Source: Dehalococcoidia bacterium
GTDB taxonomy: Bacteria > Chloroflexota > Dehalococcoidia > Lucifugimonadales > CATOSD01
Reading direction: 5' to 3'
Assembly: GCA_034421955.1 (NCBI GenBank)
Contig: DAOUJZ010000075.1
Location: 7,683 to 71,682 of the forward strand
Length of the DNA stretch: 64,000 nt
Shown here: piece after piece, positions 51,470-59,692 of the stretch
Layout: each line of letters begins with the position of its first letter
Position numbering within the stretch: the first letter of the stretch is position 1
The notes under the pieces: model-generated
What the model was told of the DNA's origin: nothing
Database searches by the model: none
Seen by the model: only the letters and a program-made list of their open reading frames with translations
Translations under genes and position numbers: made by a program

Positions 51470-53110
51470 ATGAACGTTCTTGAAGCGGTGGCGCGCATCC
51501 TGAAGATGGAGGGCGTGGAGTGGATCGCCTGCTTCCCGTCCAACGAGCTGATCGAGGTGGTGGCGCGCGAGGGCATACGCACGATCATGTTCCGGCAGGA
51601 GCGCGGCGCGGTGATGGCGGCGGACGGCTACAGCCGCATGAGCAATCGCGAGGGCTTCGGCGTGATCATCACGCAGGGCGGCCCGGGCTCGGAGAACTCG
51701 ATGGGCGGCCTGGCGCAGGCCTACGCGGACAACGTGCCGGTGCTGTATCTGCCCGGCGGTCCGGCCCTGGCCCAGTACTCCGTGCAGCCCAACTTCTCGC
51801 CGGCGCGCACCTACCAGAGCGTGTCCACCCACAGCGAGGTGCTGTTCAAGGCCGACCAGGTCGGGAACGTGATGCGTCGCGCCTTCCACGCGCTGCGCAA
51901 CGGCCGGCCGGGTCCGGTCATCGTGGAGATACCCGCCGACATCGGCCCGCAGGAGGTGCCGGAGTCCGCGATGGCATACCAGCCGCCCAAGCGCAGCCCG
52001 CAGGCGCCGGCGCAGTCGGACGTGCGGGACGCGGTGAAGCTGCTGCTGGGTGCGAAGAAGCCGGTCATCTGGTCGGGCATGGGCGTGCTGTTCTCCGACG
52101 CCACCGCGGAGCTGCGCGAGCTGGCGGAGCTGGCCGAGGTGCCGGTCTACTGCACCATGCCGGGCAAGTCCGGGTTCGACGAGCGGCACCCGCTGTCGCT
52201 CGGCTCGGGCAGCGGCGCGACCGGTCTGCACGCGCGGACGTGGCTCCAGGAATCGGACGTGCTGATGGCGCTCGGCTCCAGCATGACGCGCACCAGCTAC
52301 GGCCAGCCGATTCCGGACGGCAAGGTGATCATTCACAACACCGAGAGCATCGAGGACCTCAACAAGGACTTCACGGTGGACGTGGGGCTACCGGGCGACG
52401 CCAAGCTGACCATCCAGATGCTGATAGACGAGGTGAAGGCGCAGGCGGGCGAGAACGGGCGCCGCGGCCAGACGGGAGTCCAGGACGAGATCGCCGAGGT
52501 CAAGGGGAAGTGGTTCTCGGAGTGGAAGGACCTTCTGGACTCCGAAGACACGCCCATCAACGTCTACCGCGTGATAGGCGAGCTGGAGCGCGTGCTGGAC
52601 CACGACAACAGCATCGTGACGCACGACGCGGGCGCTCCGCGCGACACGATAATGCCCTTCTACACCGCGACCACGCCGAACAGCTACATCGGCTGGGGCA
52701 AGACGACGCACCTGGGGTACGGCATACCGCTGATGATCGGCGCGAAGCTGGCCAAGCCGGACAAGTTCTGCCTCAACTTCATGGGCGACGGCGCGTTCGG
52801 CATGTCCGGGCTGGACGTGGAGACGTCGGTGCGCGCGGGCGCGCCCATCACCACCATCGTGCTCAACAATGGGGGCATGGCGACGTATCCGGGCGGCTAC
52901 CCGACGGCGCGCGAGCTGTACGGCGTCACGCACATGGGCGGCGACTACGCGAAGATAGCCGAGGGCATGGGCGCCGTGGGCATCGTGGTGTCGGAGCCGG
53001 GCGAGGTCGCCAGCGCGCTGGAGGAGGCCAAGCGGCTGAACGCCGAGGGGCGGACGGTGCTGCTGGACGTGCGGAGCGGGATGGAGGCGCGGCGGTCGCG
53101 GTTCGAGTAG
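51470..53110 (+). CDS. thiamine-diphosphate-dependent enzyme (acetolactate synthase / oxalyl-CoA decarboxylase superfamily)
   Basis: N-terminal Pyr domain (GGPGSENSMGG) and C-terminal GDGAFGMSG...NNGG TPP motif. Start at ATG 51470. Confidence 0.85.
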   Translation: MNVLEAVARILKMEGVEWIACFPSNELIEVVAREGIRTIMFRQERGAVMAADGYSRMSNREGFGVIITQGGPGSENSMGGLAQAYADNVPVLYLPGGPALAQYSVQPNFSPARTYQSVSTHSEVLFKADQVGNVMRRAFHALRNGRPGPVIVEIPADIGPQEVPESAMAYQPPKRSPQAPAQSDVRDAVKLLLGAKKPVIWSGMGVLFSDATAELRELAELAEVPVYCTMPGKSGFDERHPLSLGSGSGATGLHARTWLQESDVLMALGSSMTRTSYGQPIPDGKVIIHNTESIEDLNKDFTVDVGLPGDAKLTIQMLIDEVKAQAGENGRRGQTGVQDEIAEVKGKWFSEWKDLLDSEDTPINVYRVIGELERVLDHDNSIVTHDAGAPRDTIMPFYTATTPNSYIGWGKTTHLGYGIPLMIGAKLAKPDKFCLNFMGDGAFGMSGLDVETSVRAGAPITTIVLNNGGMATYPGGYPTARELYGVTHMGGDYAKIAEGMGAVGIVVSEPGEVASALEEAKRLNAEGRTVLLDVRSGMEARRSRFE

Positions 53111-53137
53111 CCATGCGTGTGTGAAGGGCGGCGCGAA

Positions 53138-55558
53138 ATGACGGCAGCGCTTTCGCACCTGCGCGTGCTCGACCTGACCGGGCCGGGCGCGCAGTACTGC
53201 GGGCGGCTGATGGCCGACCTGGGCGCGGACGTGGTGAAGATCGAGCCGCCACAAGGCGACGCCGCGCGCCACCTGCGTCCCTTCGCGGGGGACGAGCCGG
53301 GGCCGGAAGGCGGCATCCGGTTTCTGCCGCTCAACGTCAACAAGCGGAGCGTCGCACTCGACCTCGGCGACGAGACCGGCAGGCGTCGCTTCGAGGCGTT
53401 GGCGCGGACGGCGGACGTCCTACTGGACGACGGCTCGGCGTTCGCACTGGACGAGCTGGGGCTGGGCTATGACGCGCTGAGCCGCGCCAATCCGCGCTTG
53501 GTGTACGTGACGATTACGCCGTTCGGGCTGAGCGGTCCTTACAGCGGCTTCCTGTCCGGCGAGTTGATTGTGCAGGCGGCCGGCGGGCTGATGTACGGCT
53601 TCGGCGATCCGGACGAGCGGCCCGCGATGGCTCCGTTCTCTCCCGGCCACCAGCTAGCGGCCCAGCACGCGGCGTTCGCGGCGCTGGCGGCCGTCCGGCA
53701 CCGCGCCGACTCGGGGCGCGGCCAGCACGTCGAGGTGTGCGTCCAGGAGGTGCTGGCGAACATCCTGGCCTACTTCGGTCGGTACGCCTCCGACGGGCAG
53801 ATCAACCGGCGGCCGGGGGGCAGTCCCACCATCGCGCCCACCAACACCTACCCGACGAGCGACGGATTCATCTACATGCAGCCCACCTTCCCGCGCCACG
53901 TGGACGCGCTGTTCGAGTGGCTGGACAACCCGGTGCTGGAGGACGACCTGTGGAAGGACGCGGCGTTCCGGCGGCAGAACGGGGACGTGCTGAACGACAT
54001 CATCTCAGAGTTCAGCATGGGCTTCACGAAGATGGGGTTCGCGGAGGAGGCGCAGCGGCGGCACATCCCCACCGCGCCGCTGATGACGATTCACGACCTG
54101 ATGCAGGACGACCACCTGGCGTATCGCGAGTTCCTGGTGGACGTGGATCATCCGGTGGTGGGGAAGTATCCGACGCCGACGGGGGCGTTCCGGATGGGGG
54201 CGAGTCCGTGGCGGCTGTACCGTCCGCCGCCGCTGCTGGGCCAGCACACGGACGAGGTACTTGCGGAGTGGGCGGCGGACGAGCCGCTGGGCGGCCAAAC
54301 CCGTCATTCTGAGCTTGTCGAAGAATCTCAGCCGGATTCCTCGGCTGCGCTCGGAATGGCAGAGCCGCCGCTGCCCCTGAAAAACACTCGGGTGCTGGAC
54401 TTCAGCCGGGTGTGGGCGGGGCCGTACATGACGCGCTACCTGGCCGAGCTGGGCGCGGAGGTCATCAAGGTCGAGTCCAACATGCTGCCGGACAGGCAGC
54501 AGGCGCGGGGGCCGTTCGCGTCGTTCAGCTTCGTGGAGATCAACCGCAGCAAGCGCTCGGTGACGCTGAACATGCGCTCGCGGGAGGCGGTAGAGCTGTG
54601 CGAGCGGCTCATAGGCCTGTGCGACGTGGTGGTGGAGAACTTCCGGCCCGGCGTGCTGGACGGCTGGGGAATCGGCTACGAGCGGCAGCGCGAACTGAAC
54701 CCGGACATCATCTACATCAGCATGCCGGGCATGGGCATCGACGGCCCGCGCGCGTCCGAGCTCGCGTTCGGGCAGAGCCTGCTGGCGTACACGGGCGCGA
54801 TGGGCATCTGGGCGCAGCCTGAGTCCCCCGGCATCACGCGGCCCAAGGTGCCGCTGCCGGACTTCTACGGCGCGGCGACGGGCGCGTTCGCGGCGCTGGC
54901 GGCGCTGGAGCTGCGCGACCGCACGGGGCAGGGCCAGATGATCGAGCTGGCGCAGCTAGAGGCGCTGGTGGCGACGATGGGGGAGGCGTTCCTGGACTAC
55001 TTCTTCAACGGCCACGTCCCGGAGGCGAGGGGCAACTGGGATGCGAACGCGGCGCCGCATGACGTGTTCGAGTGCCTGGGGTTCGACTCGTGGTGCGCGA
55101 TCGCGTGCTACACGGACGAGCAGTGGCGGCGGCTGCGCGGCGCGATGGAGGAGCCGGAGTGGGCGTCGGATGCGAAGTTCGACACGCTGGAGGGCCGGCT
55201 GGCGAACCTAGACGAGCTGAACACAAGGCTCGGCGAGTGGACGTCGGACATGACGGCGCGCCAGGTGATGCGGCTGCTACAGCGCGAGGGCGTGCCGGCG
55301 GGAATCGTGGCGAGCGGGGAGGACCTGTACCACGACGTGAACCTGCGTGCGCGGGACTACGTGGTGACGGTGGACCACCGGCCGGTGGGGGAGGTGCACG
55401 AGCACCCGGGCGCGACGGTGCGGCTGAGCGACACGCCGAGCCGGGTGATCGCGGGGTGCCCGCCGCTGGGGGCGGACAACGGGCACTACTTCGGCGAGCT
55501 GCTGGGGCTGACGGGGGAGGAGATCGCGCGGCTGGAGGGGGAGCGGGTTATCTATTGA
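53138..55558 (+). CDS. tandem-domain family III (CaiB/BaiF) CoA-transferase
   Basis: Two complete modules: LRVLDLTGPGAQYCGRLMADLGADVVKIEPP...GQHTDEVL and RVLDFSRVWAGPYMTRYLAELGAEVIKVES...GADNGHYF. They are joined by a repeat-derived linker. Confidence 0.85.
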   Translation: MTAALSHLRVLDLTGPGAQYCGRLMADLGADVVKIEPPQGDAARHLRPFAGDEPGPEGGIRFLPLNVNKRSVALDLGDETGRRRFEALARTADVLLDDGSAFALDELGLGYDALSRANPRLVYVTITPFGLSGPYSGFLSGELIVQAAGGLMYGFGDPDERPAMAPFSPGHQLAAQHAAFAALAAVRHRADSGRGQHVEVCVQEVLANILAYFGRYASDGQINRRPGGSPTIAPTNTYPTSDGFIYMQPTFPRHVDALFEWLDNPVLEDDLWKDAAFRRQNGDVLNDIISEFSMGFTKMGFAEEAQRRHIPTAPLMTIHDLMQDDHLAYREFLVDVDHPVVGKYPTPTGAFRMGASPWRLYRPPPLLGQHTDEVLAEWAADEPLGGQTRHSELVEESQPDSSAALGMAEPPLPLKNTRVLDFSRVWAGPYMTRYLAELGAEVIKVESNMLPDRQQARGPFASFSFVEINRSKRSVTLNMRSREAVELCERLIGLCDVVVENFRPGVLDGWGIGYERQRELNPDIIYISMPGMGIDGPRASELAFGQSLLAYTGAMGIWAQPESPGITRPKVPLPDFYGAATGAFAALAALELRDRTGQGQMIELAQLEALVATMGEAFLDYFFNGHVPEARGNWDANAAPHDVFECLGFDSWCAIACYTDEQWRRLRGAMEEPEWASDAKFDTLEGRLANLDELNTRLGEWTSDMTARQVMRLLQREGVPAGIVASGEDLYHDVNLRARDYVVTVDHRPVGEVHEHPGATVRLSDTPSRVIAGCPPLGADNGHYFGELLGLTGEEIARLEGERVIY
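54302..54359. repeat. two family-B elements forming the inter-domain linker of the CoA-transferase ORF
   Basis: CGTCATTCTGAGCTTGTCGAAGAATCTC (54302-54329) and GGATTCCTCGGCTGCGCTCGGAATGG (54334-54359). Confidence 0.8.
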
Positions 55559-55593
55559 GCCTACCTCCTGATCTAAGCCGACTCGCGGAACTC

Positions 55594-56100
55594 ATGAAAT
55601 CACGAAACGCGGTGGAGCGTGAGATAGCCGAGGTCATAGGCCGTCCGGGGCTGATTGGCCACGTCGGAGAGTACGTTGCGGCCGAGATATTCGGCATTGA
55701 GCTTCTCGACTCCGCATCGCACAAAGGAATTGACGGCCACTTCACCAACGGCGCGCTCGCCGGCACGTCTGTGAACATCAAGTGGTACACGAAGCTTGAG
55801 AGCCTCCTGGACATCACGCCGGAGCATCTGCCCGACTACTATCTGGTGCTCGCGGGTCCGAGGACATCTGCCGCATCCTCTCGCGGTTCGACGCGCCCCT
55901 GGGTGATTACGTCAGTCTTTCTGTTTGACTCGCGCAACCTGGTTCGCCAACTTGAGACGCGCAACATCAAAATCGGTGTTGCGACCAGCGTCGCGCGGCG
56001 CTACTGGGACGATGCTGAGATATATCCCTCGCAGTCCAACGACTCGCTCGTACTGACCGCTGAGCAGCGGGCGGAGATCGAGTTGTTCGAGAAACCCTAA
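55594..56100 (+). CDS. hypothetical 168-aa protein with possible restriction-endonuclease-like core
   Basis: GHVGEYVAAEIFGIEL...KGIDGHF...TSVNIKWY (D ... N-x-K layout). AT-richer than its flanks. TTG at 55555 is an alternative start. Confidence 0.5.
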   Translation: MKSRNAVEREIAEVIGRPGLIGHVGEYVAAEIFGIELLDSASHKGIDGHFTNGALAGTSVNIKWYTKLESLLDITPEHLPDYYLVLAGPRTSAASSRGSTRPWVITSVFLFDSRNLVRQLETRNIKIGVATSVARRYWDDAEIYPSQSNDSLVLTAEQRAEIELFEKP

Positions 56101-56143
56101 ACTACTTCGGACGCCTGCGCGTGGTGCGGCTCGGAGGATCGTT

Positions 56144-57832
56144 TCAGGGGGGGATAAGCCCCTCCTGGGGCTGGGTCCAGGGGAGCCTGTAGAAGGGCGC
56201 GAACTGGGGCGCGCGCGGTATGGGCATCTCTCCGAAAGGTACGTCGATTATCACCGGCGCTTCCCACTCCAGCGCCCGCGGAATCAGCGTCTCCAACTCC
56301 AGCGGATCGTCTGCCCTCATGCCGACCGCGCCGAACGACTCGGTGAACCTGACGAAGTCCGGGTTGTGCAGATCGGTCCCGTAGGCGCCCCCAAACGCCT
56401 CGTCGAGGTCGCGGGCGACGTTGCCGTAGGAGTCGTTTCTGAATACGACGGTCACCGTGTTGATGCCGTACTGGATGGCCGTGGACAATTCGGACGAGTT
56501 GAACATGAACCCGCCGTCTCCGGTTATGCAGACCACGGGGCGGTCGGGCCTGGCGACTTTGACTCCCAGGGCGGTCGGAAAGGCGTAGCCGAGGTTGAAC
56601 GAGTAGCCGGAGTCTATGTAGGTCTTCGGGTGGTCGACCTGCCAGTGGGTGCGGGCGTAGTAGCTGAATTGTGTAACGTCCCAGACTGTGAAGGCGTCCT
56701 GTGGGATTCCCTTGCGCATCGCCTCGATGGCCGGATACTGGGGCTCCCTGAGCCGTATGTCGAAATAGGCTATCAGGTTGCGGGCGGCGCTCACCGCCTC
56801 GGCAGGCGACGGTCGCTCCGCCGCCCCGGCCTCCACGAGGAGAGGCAGAAGGGCCTCGATAGTGGCCCTGGCGTCTCCGTGCAGGGGAATGGTGTTCGCT
56901 TGATGCCTCGTGAGCTCGGCGTCGTCTATGTTGATATTCACCAGCGTGGACGCCTCTCCGGCCGGATTGCCCAGTGAGAAGCGCGCGCCGATCCCTATCA
57001 CCACGTCGGCGGATTGCATTACCTCGAATAGCTGGTTCATCTCCTGTCGCTCGCCCCGGGGACTGAAACAGGAGCCGTAGGACAGCGGATGGCTGTCGGG
57101 GATGACTCCCTTGCCTCCGCTGGAGGTGACCACGGGGATGTTGGTCGCCTCCGCCAACTTCACGAGGGACTCTTCGGCGTCTGAGCGCGCGACGCCTCCC
57201 CCCGCGTATATCAGGGGGATGTTGGAACGGGCGATGGCCCGTGCGGCCTCCCGAAGGTCTTCCGGGCTGGGCACGATTCGGGAGATACGGGCGGGATTGC
57301 GCATCTGGACCTCCTCGCGCTCCACGCCGGCTTCGGGCGGCATCTCCAACAGAGCGGGACGGGGGCGGCCGGTACGCATCTGCCTGAACGCCTCGAACAC
57401 GGCATCCGGCACGTCACGGGGTCTGGACGCCTGAGCCTGCCACTTGGTCACGGAGCGCACCGCGCCGGGCTGGTCGGCGATTTCGTGAACGGCTCCGAGG
57501 TTCTTGCCGATTGCCCCGCGCGGCACCTGGCCCGCGATCAGAAGCACCGGCGTGGAGCGGGAGTACGCGTTGGCCAGGCCGGGCGCGGCGTTGTAAAGAC
57601 CCGCGCCGGGAACCACCAGCGCCACTCCCGGCTTCCCTGATGCGCGGGCATAGCCGTCGGCCATGTACGTCGTGGCCTGTTCGTGCCGCGTGGTGACCAT
57701 GCGGATGCCCGGTTCGTCTCGCAGCGCCGCGACGATGCCGTATATCTGTATGCCAGGGACACCGAACACGACCTCGACGCCTTCGCCTACGAGCGACTTC
57801 GCAAGGGCTTCCCCTCCGCTCATCATGACCAT
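56144..57832 (-). CDS. thiamine-diphosphate-dependent enzyme (acetolactate synthase-like)
   Basis: MSGGEALAKSLVGEGVEVVFGVPG, GDGGFMFNSSEL...RNDSYG TPP motif. Confidence 0.85.
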   Translation of the reverse strand: MVMMSGGEALAKSLVGEGVEVVFGVPGIQIYGIVAALRDEPGIRMVTTRHEQATTYMADGYARASGKPGVALVVPGAGLYNAAPGLANAYSRSTPVLLIAGQVPRGAIGKNLGAVHEIADQPGAVRSVTKWQAQASRPRDVPDAVFEAFRQMRTGRPRPALLEMPPEAGVEREEVQMRNPARISRIVPSPEDLREAARAIARSNIPLIYAGGGVARSDAEESLVKLAEATNIPVVTSSGGKGVIPDSHPLSYGSCFSPRGERQEMNQLFEVMQSADVVIGIGARFSLGNPAGEASTLVNINIDDAELTRHQANTIPLHGDARATIEALLPLLVEAGAAERPSPAEAVSAARNLIAYFDIRLREPQYPAIEAMRKGIPQDAFTVWDVTQFSYYARTHWQVDHPKTYIDSGYSFNLGYAFPTALGVKVARPDRPVVCITGDGGFMFNSSELSTAIQYGINTVTVVFRNDSYGNVARDLDEAFGGAYGTDLHNPDFVRFTESFGAVGMRADDPLELETLIPRALEWEAPVIIDVPFGEMPIPRAPQFAPFYRLPWTQPQEGLIPP

Positions 57833-57889
57833 GATTCGCCTCCTCCAATCGCCGAGTCTGTCGCGTACCGCCCGCGACTTCTGCGCCGC

Positions 57890-59530
57890 TTACAACCCTT
57901 GCAGCTCCACAACCGCCCCGTCAATGTACAGGATGCGTAGGGCGTTGAGGGCGGCGGCGGCGACCTGCGGGCGTTGCGGCTCGGAATAGGTATCGTATAC
58001 GCCGGACAGGATGTCGGCTACTGTCGCTCGGCCGTTGATGCGGGAGACGAGGGCGCCGACGAGGTCGCTGCAGGGCATGCCCTCGGGGCGGTCGGGTGTG
58101 GTGAGGACGTGGCCCCAGACGAACTCGCCCTCGGCGACGACGGGCTTGCGCTCGAGGACTGCGCCCGGCGCGAGGCGGGGCACGGCGGCGAGCAGCGCGT
58201 CCTGGGTCACAGCACCCGGCGCGAGGCGGGCGGTGCGCTCGGCGCGGGCGCGCTCGACGGCGCGAACGCCTTCCACCACGTCGGCGGGCGGCTCGCCGCG
58301 CTCCAGCGCCACGCGCTCATAGCCGCGCGGGGACTGGCCGGCGAGCGCGCGGACGAACGCCTGGCGCGGTGCGAGGGCGTCGCCGGCGTCCAGCAGGCGG
58401 CGGGCCTCCCAGAAGTAGGACTCCTCGGTGCGGTTGCTGGTGTAGAAGAGCCTGGCCAGTTCCCGGAAGTGGTCGTACTCGTTGCGGTACAACTCCTGGT
58501 ACACGCGCGCTGCGGGCTCGCGCATGTCCGGGTTTCGCAGCGCCGTGGTGACGTAGGCGGCGGCGAGGACGCCGGACATCATGGCGAGGTGGACGCCGGA
58601 GGAGAAGAGCGGGTCGACGAAGCAGGCGGCGTCGCCCACCAGCACGAAACCGTCGCCGGCGGTGCGCTCGGAGACGTAGGACCAGTCGCGGGCTACGTAG
58701 GGACCGTCGGTGAGGGTGGCGTCGCGCAGCATGGCGGACGTGTGCGGGGCCTGGGCTACCTGGCTCGCCAGGAATCGCTCGGGGCCTTCTTCGCGCAGGC
58801 GCTCGCGTCCGGCGGCCGCGTCCACGACCGCGCCGACGCTGGCATAACCTACCGCATCGGCGGCAACTGGGTTCCCGCTTTCGCGGGAATGACGGATTGG
58901 GGGGGTCGCGCCGACGCTGGCCGCGCCGGTGTGGAGGGGGATGGTCCAGAGCCAGCCGTTGGGGTAGGACTCGATGAAGATGTTGGACTCGTCCGGCGTG
59001 GGGAGCCTGCGCGCGTCGCGGTAGTAGGCGTAGACGGCGAGGTTTCGGAAAAAGTCGTCCCAGCGGCGAAGTCCGAAGCGTCGGCTGATGAGCGCGGACT
59101 GGCCGCTCGCGTCGACGACGAAGCGGGCGCACACCTCGGACTCGGAGCCGTCCGGTCCGCGCACTCGCACGCCCTCCACCGCGCCGTCGCGCTCCAGGAC
59201 GCCGGTGACGGCGTGTTGCTCCCGAACGTCCACGCCGTGGGAGCGGGCGTTGTCGAGCAGGATGCCGTCGAATTGGGGACGCCATACCTGGTAGGAGTGC
59301 GGGTAGGTGCGGCTGGTCTCGCGGAAGTACCACGACCAAGGGGACTTGTCCCGGCCCCAGACCATGGTTGCGCCGTACTTGGGGAGGAATCCGGCGTCGC
59401 GCACGCGCTCGTACGCGCCGAGCTCTTCGAGCACGGGGATGCTGGCGGGGAGCAGCGACTCGCCTACGTGGTGGCGGGGAAATCGCTCGCGCTCGAGCAG
59501 CGCCACGCGGAAGCCCTTGCGGGCGAGCAT
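57890..59530 (-). CDS. flavin-dependent halogenase-like / FAD-dependent oxidoreductase (possibly decaying)
   Basis: GWLWTIPL (WxWxIP) and FVDPLFSSGVHLA motifs. The GGGPGG FAD motif lies upstream of the first ATG/GTG/TTG. There is an in-frame repeat insertion at 58844-58906. Confidence 0.75.
   Translation of the reverse strand: MLARKGFRVALLERERFPRHHVGESLLPASIPVLEELGAYERVRDAGFLPKYGATMVWGRDKSPWSWYFRETSRTYPHSYQVWRPQFDGILLDNARSHGVDVREQHAVTGVLERDGAVEGVRVRGPDGSESEVCARFVVDASGQSALISRRFGLRRWDDFFRNLAVYAYYRDARRLPTPDESNIFIESYPNGWLWTIPLHTGAASVGATPPIRHSRESGNPVAADAVGYASVGAVVDAAAGRERLREEGPERFLASQVAQAPHTSAMLRDATLTDGPYVARDWSYVSERTAGDGFVLVGDAACFVDPLFSSGVHLAMMSGVLAAAYVTTALRNPDMREPAARVYQELYRNEYDHFRELARLFYTSNRTEESYFWEARRLLDAGDALAPRQAFVRALAGQSPRGYERVALERGEPPADVVEGVRAVERARAERTARLAPGAVTQDALLAAVPRLAPGAVLERKPVVAEGEFVWGHVLTTPDRPEGMPCSDLVGALVSRINGRATVADILSGVYDTYSEPQRPQVAAAALNALRILYIDGAVVELQGL
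58844..58906. mobile_element. 63-bp family-B element inserted in frame in the halogenase-like gene, flanked by a 15-bp duplication
   Basis: Core GGGTTCCCGCTTTCGCGGGAATGACGG (58869-58895, 7-bp perfect stem). CGCGCCGACGCTGGC lies at 58829-58843 and again at 58907-58921. Confidence 0.8.
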
Positions 59531-59634
59531 CGTCGCCGCGGTGCTGCCGCCAGGCCCGCCGCCGATGACCGCGACGTCGGCGCTACGGCAGTGCCAGCCT
59601 CTTGGGGGTCGCTTAGCCTGTCCGATAACCAGGT

Positions 59635-59684
59635 CACCACCCCCATCCTAACCTTCCCCCGTCAAGGGGGAAGGGACTTATCGG
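59635..59684. repeat. family-A hairpin element
   Basis: CACCACCCCCATCCTAACCTTCCCCCGTCAAGGGGGAAGGGACTTATCGG, bracketed by inverted TCCGATAA / TTATCGGA. Confidence 0.85.
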
Positions 59685-59692
59685 ATAGGCTC

